DNA of 51,531 bases from Candidatus Velthaea sp. (GCA_050012475.1 JBEKHC010000028.1:1-51531); one strand, 5' to 3'; positions 9,005 to 18,099 are shown, counted from the first letter of the stretch. A program made the numbers and translations. Notes: generated from the letters alone by a model not told the origin.

Positions 9005-9264
9005 GGCCCAGTATCTTGGATTGTGTAAGCCAGAGATGCAACGATCGACTGCGGTATATTCTTCGTCGTATGACGCTTGCCCTCAACGACGACAAACGAT
9101 GTTCCCCCAATCAAGACGCCCTTCGCGTCGATCTCCCACGGACTGCCGGTCTCACCAACCAGTAATTGCTTACCTTCAACGCGTTCGAGCCCAAAATGCT
9201 CGCGATGAGGGTTGAAAAGGTAAGCAGCGACCTTCTCATACGTTCGCCACATTGTCTCTTGCAT
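9005..9264 (-). pseudogene. 3'-truncated Mrr-like PD-(D/E)xK restriction endonuclease remnant
   Basis: WRTYEKVAAYL...WEIDAKG...VVVEGKRH...LAYTIQDTG, after which similarity is lost. Confidence 0.6.
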
Positions 9265-9519
9265 GATCGACAATGTTACCAAGCCATGGCGCAGGGTCCT
9301 ATTCGAGCAAGATGATTATACGCAGCGCAATCATATCAATATCTACGGCTTTCGCGCCTTGGTAAATGGGGTTTGGGGCGCGATTTATTTTTTGCCTGCA
9401 GGCTTACGCGTCTGCTTTTCCTGAGCGCTGCCCCAACGATAGCTTTCGGCGTTCATCTCGAGGATTGTCGCATGGCGAACGAGGCGGTCGATGGCTGCAA
9501 TGGTCAGCGCTGGAGCAAC

Positions 9520-9690
9520 GAAACGTCCCCCACTGCTCCGTTAGAGACATAAAGGTTGCCGCGCCGATCGAAAGCAATGCACACGAATACCATAACACAT
9601 CGAATTCTTATATCGCAGCATTGTATCGCCAATCGAATAGACGGTGTGGGTCGCGCTCAACGGAGGCGCTACATTTCCCGTGCGGCTTGG
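9520..9690 (-). pseudogene. Decayed NHL/beta-propeller protein remnant
   Basis: GNVAP (9664-9678) and IAFDRRGNLYVSN (9540-9578) in different frames; same repeat style as the 15772-16887 protein. Confidence 0.5.
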
Positions 9691-9824
9691 TCGCCACCCC
9701 TCAGGAAAACCACCCCGGTGGTCGTTCGACAAGCTCACGATAACGCGGTAGCTTGTTGTCCGCCATTGCAGGGACGCGTATGGTCTAAGAGGCGGACGAA
9801 AGCAGCAGGAGCGTTATCTTTTCA

Positions 9825-9882
9825 AAATCGCATTTCACCGCTGGTGTGGCTGGAAATCGCATTTCACCGCCGGTGTGGCTGG
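9825..9882. repeat. 29-bp tandem direct repeat with one mismatch (AAATCGCATTTCACCGC[T/C]GGTGTGGCTGG)
   Basis: Copies at 9825-9853 and 9854-9882. Confidence 0.9.
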
Positions 9883-9997
9883 GTCAGCACCCGTATGTCA
9901 AAATCGCCCGGCCTCAACCGCAGTCGGTTTTCGTTGCTACAGCGCAACGGTCGCGGCCCCACTAGCTCTTCTGGGTCTTAGGGAAAGAAGTGCAGCA

Positions 9998-11224
9998 ATG
10001 ACTCAAGTTGCCGAGCAACCGGGCAGTACTGCGACTGCCATTCACCCATTCCCCAATGTGAATGTTCCGGAAAGCAAACTCACCGAATTACGCAGGCGCG
10101 TTAACGCGACAGAATGGCCTGAACGAGAAACGGTTACCGATGCATCCCAAGGAGTACAACTCGCGACGACCCAGGCTCTCGCGCGCTATTGGGCGACAGA
10201 ATACGACTGGCGCAAGATCGAATCGACATTGAACGCCTTGCCGCAGTTCACCACCGAGATCGACGGGCTGACCATTCATTTCATTCACGTCCGTTCAAAA
10301 CACGAAAATGCGTTGCCGCTGATCGTTACGCACGGATGGCCCGGCTCGATCGTCGAACAGACAAAGATCATCGATCCGCTGACCAATCCCACGGCGCATG
10401 GCGGCAGCGCATCCGATGCTTTCGATCTGGTGATTCCGTCAATACCGGGCTACGGGTACTCAGGCAAACCGTCCGCTTCCGGGTGGGATGTCGCCCACAT
10501 CGCGCGTGCCTGGGTCGTGCTGATGAAGCGTCTTGGGTACGCGAAGTTCGCGGCGCAAGGCGGCGATTGGGGCGCGATCATCACCGAGCAAATGGGCGTG
10601 CAGGCGCCTCCGGAGTTGCTGGGCATTCACGTCAACATGCCTGGCATATTTCCGGTCGACATTGACAAGGCGGCTCAATCCGGGGCGCCGGCGCCGGCGG
10701 GTCTTTCACCCGATGAGAAGATCGCTTATGACCGTTTGCAATTCGTCTATCAGAAGGGAATCGCTTACGGGTACCAGATGGGGCTGCGACCGCAGACGTT
10801 GTACGGAATCGCGGACTCGCCCGTCGGCTTGGCCGCGTATTTCCTAGATCACGACGCGGCCAGCTACGCGCTGATATCACGCGTCTTTGACGGCGCATCC
10901 GAAGGCCTAACGCGCGACGACATCCTCGACAACATCACGATCACTTGGTTGACGAACACGGCGCTTTCCGGCGCCCGTCTCTACTGGGAGAATTGGGGCA
11001 AACTCGGTTTTTTCAATGTCAAAGGCGTGAACATCCCGGCTGCCGTGAGCGTCTTCCCTGATGAACTATACCCTGCCCCGCGGAGCTGGTCGGAACAGGC
11101 GTTCCCCAAATTGATCCATTACAACAAGGTCGCCAAAGGTGGTCATTTTGCGGCCTGGGAACAGCCCCAACTCTTATCGGAAGAGGTTCGCGTCGGCTTG
11201 AGATCACTTCGGACTCAGCTTTAA
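9998..11224 (+). CDS. Epoxide hydrolase (EHN domain plus alpha/beta hydrolase)
   Basis: YDWR, HFIHVRS, HGWPGS, PSIPGYGYS, QGGDWG nucleophile elbow, GGHFAAWEQP. Confidence 0.93.
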   Translation: MTQVAEQPGSTATAIHPFPNVNVPESKLTELRRRVNATEWPERETVTDASQGVQLATTQALARYWATEYDWRKIESTLNALPQFTTEIDGLTIHFIHVRSKHENALPLIVTHGWPGSIVEQTKIIDPLTNPTAHGGSASDAFDLVIPSIPGYGYSGKPSASGWDVAHIARAWVVLMKRLGYAKFAAQGGDWGAIITEQMGVQAPPELLGIHVNMPGIFPVDIDKAAQSGAPAPAGLSPDEKIAYDRLQFVYQKGIAYGYQMGLRPQTLYGIADSPVGLAAYFLDHDAASYALISRVFDGASEGLTRDDILDNITITWLTNTALSGARLYWENWGKLGFFNVKGVNIPAAVSVFPDELYPAPRSWSEQAFPKLIHYNKVAKGGHFAAWEQPQLLSEEVRVGLRSLRTQL

Positions 11225-11239
11225 CTCGTCATTGCTGGT

Positions 11240-11271
11240 GGATCCCAGGAGTTGCAAACTCTCTGGGATCC
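11240..11271 (+). terminator. Hairpin after the epoxide hydrolase, possible terminator
   Basis: GGATCCCAG-GAGT/ACTC-T-CTGGGATCC; no clear U-tract. Confidence 0.45.
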
Positions 11272-11497
11272 TAGGAGTGACCTGGAGGTCTCTCATGTGT
11301 GGCGATGATTGCATTCTAAACGATCGCGAATTGCGGAGGATAGCTGCGGAGTGCATCGCACCGCGAGCGGCTATTTTCTCAGAAACATCGGGTAATAAAT
11401 GAGATCCAGGACTTGGGGCACCGTTGGCCCCACCAGCGCTCCAACCTATTCCATGATGATCTAACGGAAGAGCGCTCTGCCGCACCGCTTCAGCGAG

Positions 11498-11971
11498 GGG
11501 TTTGTCACGGCGATTCCTTACGCGATCGGCGCGACCGCGATGGCCTGCGTGGGGGTTTCATCCGACCGCATCGGGGAAGCGCGTTGGCATGCCGGCGCGC
11601 TGGCGCTCACCGCCGGCGCGGGCATCATCGGCTCCACCGCGCTCGAAAATCCGGTGCTGAAGATGGCAGCACTTTCGATCGCCGCCATCGGTATTTTCGG
11701 CTTCCTCCCGGTGTTCTGGACGCTCCCGAGCGAGTTCCTTACCGGGACGGCGGCCGCAGGCGGCATCGCGCTCATCAACGCGATCGGGAATCTCGCCGGC
11801 TTCGCCGGGCCCGTCGCGATGGGCTACATCAAGGGCGCGACGGGAAGCTTCAGTCTCGGCCTCATTTTCATCGGACTACTCGCCGTCATGTCGTGCATAT
11901 TGACCTTTGCGCTGGGATTCAATCGCAGTCATCAACGGGCGCCGAGCGGCGGAGCGAGCGGCGCCGGTTGA
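11498..11971 (+). pseudogene. 5'-truncated MFS transporter (ACS/tartrate-type), C-terminal part only
   Basis: GFVTAIPY...SSDRIGEARWH...FWTLPSEFLTGTAAAGGIALINAIGNLAGFAGP; only about 157 codons. Confidence 0.8.
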
Positions 11972-12273
11972 AAGCCAGTTCCAATGGCTGGCGAGTCCTC
12001 GACATTCGCCGCTCGGTGCGCCCCGCCCGGGCGCGTGCTTTTCCGCATGCGGCCGTTCGAGCGGGGACGGTTCGCCTCGGATCACCGCGAATTCGAGAAC
12101 GGCCGAGCCGATTCTGCGCACCGGCTAGGCAACATGACGCAGTCGGAACGCCGTGAGCCGCAGGGGAAAAAAGCACGCAGCGAGCTATAAATCCGTAATT
12201 GCTGACTTCATGAGGGCTCGCGGCAAGTGGTAGAGCGTTTGAGGCCCGCGCAAACGGGAAGCGGCGCGCACTG

Positions 12274-13155
12274 ATGAATCGAGACGATGTAAGCACGTTT
12301 CGGCGACGCGCCCTGCTCGTCGGCATATTGCTGTTCGTTGTTGCAGCTGCCTACATCTTGACGTTTGCTGTAACCGAAGTCGTCATCGTCTTCGGACAGG
12401 AGAAGTTTTCGTCGGCTCCGGGCGGCGCCGATCCCCTGACCCTCTATCTCGACGTCACCGCGATCGATCCGGTTCGACATTCGATGGCGCTTCGACTCGA
12501 TGTCGCCCACGGCGCGTCAACGCGCGGCCTGCAGTATTTCGGCAAACTGGATCGCGACGTGGAACTCGAAGTAAGCGACGGCGAAAGCGTGCAAACGTTT
12601 CGGCTCCGCCCGAGCGTGCCGCTCTCCTCGCTGCTGTTCGATGCCGGCTTGCAAGGTGAGCTCGGTAAATACCCATTCGACTCGTTCTCGACGAACGTCA
12701 CGCTCAACGCAACGGAGCTTTCGGCGAATAATACCCGCCGAGGAATTCCGTTGCGCGTCACGGTCTGGGAGGGCGTGCCGGCTTGGTATTTGAGCATTGA
12801 GAATATGCGGCCCGCCGCCACGACACCGGAATTGACGCTGGCATTCGGGGTGCAGCGGCCGCGAGCGAGCGTCTACTTCAGCTGCGTGATCTACGGCTTG
12901 ATGGTGCTCATCGCGCTTTGCTCGCTCGTCATCGGATCGTTGACCTTCGTGGGCAAGCGCCGGATCGAGGTAACGCTCATCGGTGCGCTCGCCGCAATGG
13001 TGTTCGCGCTGCCGATCTTGCGCAATGTCTTGCCCGGTGCGCCACCGTTGGGCGTAATCGCGGACGTGCTAGTCTTCCTCTGGGCCGAGATCGCCGTTAC
13101 GATCGGCCTCGCGTTATTCGTCACGGCATGGGCGTGGCGAGGAACACGGCCATAG
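12274..13155 (+). CDS. DUF4436 family membrane protein
   Basis: N-terminal TM helix, YPFDSF, C-terminal FALPILRNVLPGAPPLGVIADVLVFLW. Confidence 0.8.
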   Translation: MNRDDVSTFRRRALLVGILLFVVAAAYILTFAVTEVVIVFGQEKFSSAPGGADPLTLYLDVTAIDPVRHSMALRLDVAHGASTRGLQYFGKLDRDVELEVSDGESVQTFRLRPSVPLSSLLFDAGLQGELGKYPFDSFSTNVTLNATELSANNTRRGIPLRVTVWEGVPAWYLSIENMRPAATTPELTLAFGVQRPRASVYFSCVIYGLMVLIALCSLVIGSLTFVGKRRIEVTLIGALAAMVFALPILRNVLPGAPPLGVIADVLVFLWAEIAVTIGLALFVTAWAWRGTRP

Positions 13156-13218
13156 CGCAACCGACGCGGCGCAGTACGCGGGAGGCAACGAAGCGAGGGG
13201 ACCCGTAACACCCCGACG

Positions 13219-14391
13219 GTGAAGTGGATTCGAATAGCCTTTCTGGCCCTCGCTTTGCTCGGTGCGGCGGCGCAAACGTCGAGCGTCGTGGCGGCGGATA
13301 CGCCTCAGCCGACGTCAAGCCCGACGTTCCCGCTTCCCAGTGCCATGTTTACCGGCAACACGCCGTTTCATCGCACCGTCGACTCGTTGATGAACGCCGG
13401 CGCGAAAGTTCTACCTGCGGAAGTAACGGAACACTGGTGGGCTGCGGGCATCAAAACCGTGACCGAACCCGGTCAATCGCCGCCCGTCTATATCGCAAAA
13501 GCCAGCGATCCGGCGTACGTCTTTGCATGTTCGGCTGCCGGCTTCAAGGGCGTCGGCGTGGGCTGCAATGCCGCGGGAAAAATCGTGCACTTCCCGGCGG
13601 GCGCAGTCGTTCAAGAGCGAAACCGCGACAAGCACATCGCGACGATCGATCTCACCACGGCAACGGAGATCGACGGGTGGGGAGGATTCAACAATAGCAA
13701 CAACACCGGCCCGGCGCAGTGTGAGCTGGGGGCGGGCAATCCCGGCACCGTAAACTGCGCCTGGGGCGGCTACTACGCGTTGAACGGCAGCGGCTTAGCC
13801 ACCGACGGCACGGATGTTTACAGCAACGGAGACGCCGCGGGATACGCTATGGGCATCTTTGAGCTGACGGCTCAAGATCTGCTCAACGCCGCCAACGGAA
13901 CGCCGATCGCGCATGCGCTGGGCATGGGCGTGACCTGCATCGACCCGCCGCGCGGGAGCCCGACCGCGGGCGTGTATCCGAGTTTCCGTCGCAAGTCGGA
14001 TGCAAATTGCCAACCGGACCGCGAGCCCAACCTCATGTACGGCGATTTGCTCGCGCTCAAGCCGAGCGTCAATGTTGCGAACCTTGGCGGGAGCGTCTAC
14101 TGTCAAGCGATCTTGCATGCGCTGCAAACGTACGGCGCGTATGTCTTCGACGTCGGCCCCGGCTACGGGGCATCAATCCAGACGGAGAATCCGGACGTCG
14201 AGACGCAGGAGTACGGGGCGTATCCGAATCCTTGGTACACGGTGATCGAGCCGCAGATGGCTGCAGCCGGCGAAGGCTCGAATCCTGGCCCGCGATTTCG
14301 CTTTAGCTCGTGTCTCAACTATACGAGCCTGGGCGTATGGGAAGCCGTCGAACTCAATCATGGCGGCACTGCAGCGCTCCCGCCGAAATAG
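13219..14391 (+). CDS. Secreted hypothetical protein, 390 aa, Gly/Cys-containing
   Basis: Clear signal peptide; long coherent ORF; no family assigned. Confidence 0.75.
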   Translation: MKWIRIAFLALALLGAAAQTSSVVAADTPQPTSSPTFPLPSAMFTGNTPFHRTVDSLMNAGAKVLPAEVTEHWWAAGIKTVTEPGQSPPVYIAKASDPAYVFACSAAGFKGVGVGCNAAGKIVHFPAGAVVQERNRDKHIATIDLTTATEIDGWGGFNNSNNTGPAQCELGAGNPGTVNCAWGGYYALNGSGLATDGTDVYSNGDAAGYAMGIFELTAQDLLNAANGTPIAHALGMGVTCIDPPRGSPTAGVYPSFRRKSDANCQPDREPNLMYGDLLALKPSVNVANLGGSVYCQAILHALQTYGAYVFDVGPGYGASIQTENPDVETQEYGAYPNPWYTVIEPQMAAAGEGSNPGPRFRFSSCLNYTSLGVWEAVELNHGGTAALPPK

Positions 14392-14519
14392 CGGCCGGCG
14401 CGCGCCGGCCGCGCGAGCCGCATGTAGACGCCGCTTCAGATTCTCGTTGCACGGAAGACCGAGAAAACGGCGTCTTGAACGGCGGCATGCCGGCTCCGTA
14501 AAACGTCGCAGAGGCTGAA

Positions 14520-14830
14520 TCGCACGCTCGGCCCAGCCGGCGCGATCCGATGTCAGCGCCGAGCGTCCATGCCGGATGATGGAACGCTTGGCTCGACGCC
14601 GGTCGCCGAGATATTGGTTACGCCCGTCCGGCGATCACCCCATCGATCTCTGCCCGCTCCGTGAAGGGAACTTGAGAGACGGCTACGCAGGCCACGCGCG
14701 GGTTTGAGGAAGGGCGTCGAGGCCGGGCGGTGAACCGGACGAGTCGGTCTTTTCCCGAGTCCAGGCAGCCGTATTGGGGGCCCAAAGGCGGGTTAAAGCC
14801 AGGAAATGAGATCCCCGCGTAAGCACAAAT
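14520..14830 (+). ncRNA. Candidate structured non-coding RNA or leader upstream of tRNA-Phe (unassigned)
   Basis: Lies in the largest gap of the six-frame ORF track; several nested helices found by eye (see findings). Confidence 0.35.
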
Positions 14831-14849
14831 TTCTTCTACAACGAGCCGC

Positions 14850-14922
14850 GCCGAGATAGCTCAGTCGGTAGAGCACAGGTCTGAAAAACCTGGTGTCGCG
14901 AGTTCGATTCTCGCTCTCGGCA
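14850..14922 (+). tRNA. tRNA-Phe(GAA), CCA not encoded
   Basis: GCCGAGATAGCTCAGTCGGTAGAGCACAGGTCTGAAAAACCTGGTGTCGCGAGTTCGATTCTCGCTCTCGGCA followed by CAT. Confidence 0.96.
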
Positions 14923-14929
14923 CATTTCA

Positions 14930-14964
14930 AAAACCCCGTGAACTCAGCGTTCCCGGGGTTTTCT
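14930..14964 (+). terminator. Intrinsic terminator after tRNA-Phe
   Basis: AAAACCCCG...CGGGGTTTT stem with U-tract. Confidence 0.75.
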
Positions 14965-15067
14965 GTGCATGCAGTTTCGAGCGTCTATGATGGCGGATTC
15001 GCGGAGCCGCATCGCGCGGTACGGCATTCCTATGTCATGCTTCAAGGAGGGTTCGCTTGGTTTATGG

Positions 15068-15083
15068 TCGAACACCAGTTCGA
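15068..15083. promoter_or_regulatory. LexA (SOS) box of the GAAC-N4-GTTC type
   Basis: Perfect palindrome TCGAAC-ACCA-GTTCGA ending 2 nt before ATG 15086. Confidence 0.7.
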
Positions 15084-15085
15084 TT

Positions 15086-15529
15086 ATGAGCCGAGCCCCT
15101 CGTACTCGATGCGGAAAATGCGGTGAACCGAAGCCAATTGATGCCACGGGCCGTTCGCGTTGCCGACCGTGTCTTCGCCAAAGCGGTCGAGCCTATTACG
15201 AGCGTAGCGCGACGCGAAGGCAGAAAATGAGAGCCGCGTACGTCCTACGGCGATACGGCACGTCGATCGAGCAATTGGAGTCATTGCTCGAGCGACAACG
15301 ATCACGCTGTGCGATTTGTGGATTGTTGTGGCACGATTGCAAATCCGCAAAGAGCGTTAGGCACGAGCGTCACTTCTTGCAGCATTTATGCGTTGACCAC
15401 GACCATGTGACCGGTGCGGTCCGCGGTTTACTCTGCAACGCCTGCAATACGGGGATCGCCTTGTTTGCAGAAGACGAGCGGCGGTTTCACGCGGCGTGCG
15501 CATACGTACGCGCTAAAGCTCTGCGCTGA
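15086..15529 (+). CDS. Endonuclease VII (HNH-fold) domain protein with N-terminal Zn-finger
   Basis: CxxC pairs, RCAICG, VDHDHVTGAVRGLLCNACN. Confidence 0.88.
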   Translation: MSRAPRTRCGKCGEPKPIDATGRSRCRPCLRQSGRAYYERSATRRQKMRAAYVLRRYGTSIEQLESLLERQRSRCAICGLLWHDCKSAKSVRHERHFLQHLCVDHDHVTGAVRGLLCNACNTGIALFAEDERRFHAACAYVRAKALR

Positions 15530-15771
15530 GCGACCTCGACGGTGCGTTTTCGCCCACCGTCAGCGTCGCGCACCTATGCGGCGGCGCTCATTTTGCAGGG
15601 TGAGAAGACCTGCCGCAGGCCAGACTTTCGGACCGACTCGAAGTTCGGCAGTCATTGGCTTCGCGCGACGGTGGTCGTTTCGGGCGGAAAATGGTGTCGG
15701 CCCGGCTGCATGCTTGCGGCCGGGCCGTTTGATCCTCGCGACGGAACGCATGCGCTGTCGCGCGACCAAAG

Positions 15772-16887
15772 CTATTTGCCTTCGTAGATCCCGCTGGGGG
15801 TACTCAGGCCCGTTGACGGTCCGCTCAGGACGCGCAGGGGGGCGACGTTGCCGGATGAATCGTGCGTGTAGACGTAGACGGCGTCCGTTGCGCAACCCGA
15901 TTGGATCGAGTGCGATACGTAGATGTTTCGGAGATAGCCGAGCGCGACTTGCGTACCGCAGGTATCGCTGGTAATCGTTCCGACGATGGCCGGCGCGAAG
16001 CTCGCCGGCAGCCCATAGTCCGCGCCGTTGCCGGCGGTGTTTTCGGTAAAGCGAGTGATGCCCGTCGGCGTTGTCAGAAGGTACGTCTTGGTCGTTGGGT
16101 CGTCCGCGATCCCGGAGCTATATTCATCGTTCACATCATAGATGGAATTCAGCGACGTTCCGTTGTAGAACTGCTTCGGCAGCGTGCGAACACCGGCCGA
16201 GAACGCGATGCAGCACTCGGCAAGGTTCGATTCGATGATGTTTTTGCCGGTCGAGTCCGACGCAAGTTCCAGGGCCCAGAACGCGATCGTTCCGTTTGCA
16301 AACGGGGCTTGGTTTCCCTTCGAATTAGGCGGGAAGCGGAGCAGCGTGGCGCCTTGTCCGAGCGGCATGGTATCATCGACGGCAAAGATCTTGCCGGTGG
16401 CCTGATCGACGGTCATCCCGACGACGTGATGCAGTCCCGTTGCGGGACCCGCGATTTCGCGGATCGGCGCGACGTTTCCGTCGGCACCGTGGGCAAACAC
16501 CAAGATGCTCGCCGAACTGAACCCGCCGTTGGCCACGTACAGATTACCGGCGGCGTCTTCGGAGAGCTGGGCGGGACTGTTGAGCTGGGTCCGCTTTCCG
16601 TAGATCACGTGCAGCGGGGTGGCATTCCCGGAGACATCGTGGCGATAGACCGTGATCGAGTTGTTCTGCGTGTTCCCGACATACAGCAGATCGTTACTCG
16701 ACGGCACGGACAGCGGCTGCAGCGGCGTTGCGGCGTCGCTCTGGGCTTCGTTGACGGGAGCCGTTTGACTGGAAGAGCCCGCCGGCAGGGTGGGGGTCTG
16801 GGGCAGCGGTCCGGAACTCGAACCGCCCCCGCTGCAAGCGGCGAGCAGCGCCAGGATCGGAACGACGGAAATTAGGCTTTTCTTCAT
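15772..16887 (-). CDS. Lipoprotein with NHL-like beta-propeller repeats
   Basis: Lipobox LAAC; repeats GNATP/GNVAP and DAAGNLYVAN. Confidence 0.85.
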   Translation of the reverse strand: MKKSLISVVPILALLAACSGGGSSSGPLPQTPTLPAGSSSQTAPVNEAQSDAATPLQPLSVPSSNDLLYVGNTQNNSITVYRHDVSGNATPLHVIYGKRTQLNSPAQLSEDAAGNLYVANGGFSSASILVFAHGADGNVAPIREIAGPATGLHHVVGMTVDQATGKIFAVDDTMPLGQGATLLRFPPNSKGNQAPFANGTIAFWALELASDSTGKNIIESNLAECCIAFSAGVRTLPKQFYNGTSLNSIYDVNDEYSSGIADDPTTKTYLLTTPTGITRFTENTAGNGADYGLPASFAPAIVGTITSDTCGTQVALGYLRNIYVSHSIQSGCATDAVYVYTHDSSGNVAPLRVLSGPSTGLSTPSGIYEGK

Positions 16888-17200
16888 GGAAGTTCGTCCT
16901 TCGAACGAAAACGGGACGGCAACGTATCCTAAGATTACATGAGATCGGACGCGCTCGGTCCCGGGGACAAGGTCGGTAACACTGGTGCAAAACGGCTCTA
17001 TTTTGAATTGGTGCCGGCAGCCGCCACGCCGGCGAGAATTTCAGCGATTAAGCGATTATTTGAGCACGAATTTGACACGCGTGCGCAACGGCCGGCCGCC
17101 TTGTTCTGCCGGCAAAGCAACAGGTCCGGAGCCGGGATTGCGGGGCGTTGCAGCAGTCCACGTCGGGCGGGTAAGACCCGTGCCGGGCATTGCGACACTC

Positions 17201-17416
17201 ATGGCGGTACTCTCTCTGGACAGCGCGGAAGGCGTGACTTTAGTATCGCAGCCCGCTCCGGCAGGGTACAGGCACACCCGGACGCTCGACCCGGACAGTT
17301 TGCCGGACACTCTCCCGCTCGATCTCCGCGGCAGCCGGCGCGAGGGGCCGCTGCGCCCGCGACGTCCAAATCGAAGAACCATGGGCGGCCCGAAGATCCG
17401 TCGTCACGCGGCTTGA
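17201..17416 (+). CDS. Possible small hypothetical protein, 71 aa
   Basis: ATG 17201 within ORF 16985..17416, ending 5 nt before the next gene. Confidence 0.25.
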   Translation: MAVLSLDSAEGVTLVSQPAPAGYRHTRTLDPDSLPDTLPLDLRGSRREGPLRPRRPNRRTMGGPKIRRHAA

Positions 17417-17421
17417 ATTCG

Positions 17422-18099
17422 ATGCCGCAAATCTTGCTGCGTACGCTGTTCGCCGTGACCCTGTACGGTTTGTTGCTGTTCGTTCCGGCCTGGACGCTGG
17501 ACTGGTGGCGTGCATGGGTCTTGCTGGCCTTGATTTTTGCCGGCATGATCGCGACGCGATTGTGGGCCTTCGGTGCCGATCAGACGTTGCTCGAGGAGCG
17601 CCGCAAACCGCCGCTTCAGCAAGGTCAGCCGTTAGCGGATAAAGTGCTCGTCATCGGATTCGTGATCGTGTTTCCCGCGTACATCGCGTTTCTTCCGCTC
17701 GACGTCTTTCATTTCCACGTGTTCGGCAAACCGCCCATCGGCGTGTCGTCGCTCGGATTGGTGCTCGCGTGCGGCGGGTGGTGCGTCATCTCGCTGGCTT
17801 TTCGCGAAAACGCCTTTGCCGCTGCGATCGTGAAACCGCAGGAAGAACGCGGCCAGACGGTCGTCGACAGCGGCATCTACGGCGTGATACGGCATCCGTT
17901 GTATGCCGGAGTCGTCCTGGCGCTCGTGGGCGTCGCGCTGTGGCTGGAATCCACCGCCGGCGCGCTGCTCTCGATCGTTCCGATCGCGATGATCGTGATG
18001 CGGATCGTGGTCGAGGAGAACTTCCTGAGGCGTCGTTTGAGCGGCTACGACGCGTACGCGCGGCGGGTCGAGCGCCGGTTGATCCCCCTCGTTTGGTGA
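17422..18099 (+). CDS. Isoprenylcysteine carboxyl methyltransferase (ICMT/PEMT) family membrane protein
   Basis: ENAFAA...QTVVDSGIYGVIRHPLYAG...EENFL...GYDAY...RLIPLVW. Confidence 0.88.
   Translation: MPQILLRTLFAVTLYGLLLFVPAWTLDWWRAWVLLALIFAGMIATRLWAFGADQTLLEERRKPPLQQGQPLADKVLVIGFVIVFPAYIAFLPLDVFHFHVFGKPPIGVSSLGLVLACGGWCVISLAFRENAFAAAIVKPQEERGQTVVDSGIYGVIRHPLYAGVVLALVGVALWLESTAGALLSIVPIAMIVMRIVVEENFLRRRLSGYDAYARRVERRLIPLVW

Noticed and set aside
5360..14400. A bounded island integrated at tRNA-Asp
   Set aside because: The region looks accessory, but I found no duplicate of the tRNA-Asp 3' end and no integrase, so no boundaries are called.
14520..14830. Assignment to cobalamin or c-di-AMP riboswitch, SRP, RNase P, T-box, glmS or raiA RNA
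   Set aside because: Only short scattered word matches (AAGGGAA, GGTGAACC, AGCCAGGA, CGTAAGC); core conserved motifs are missing or out of order, so it is left unassigned.
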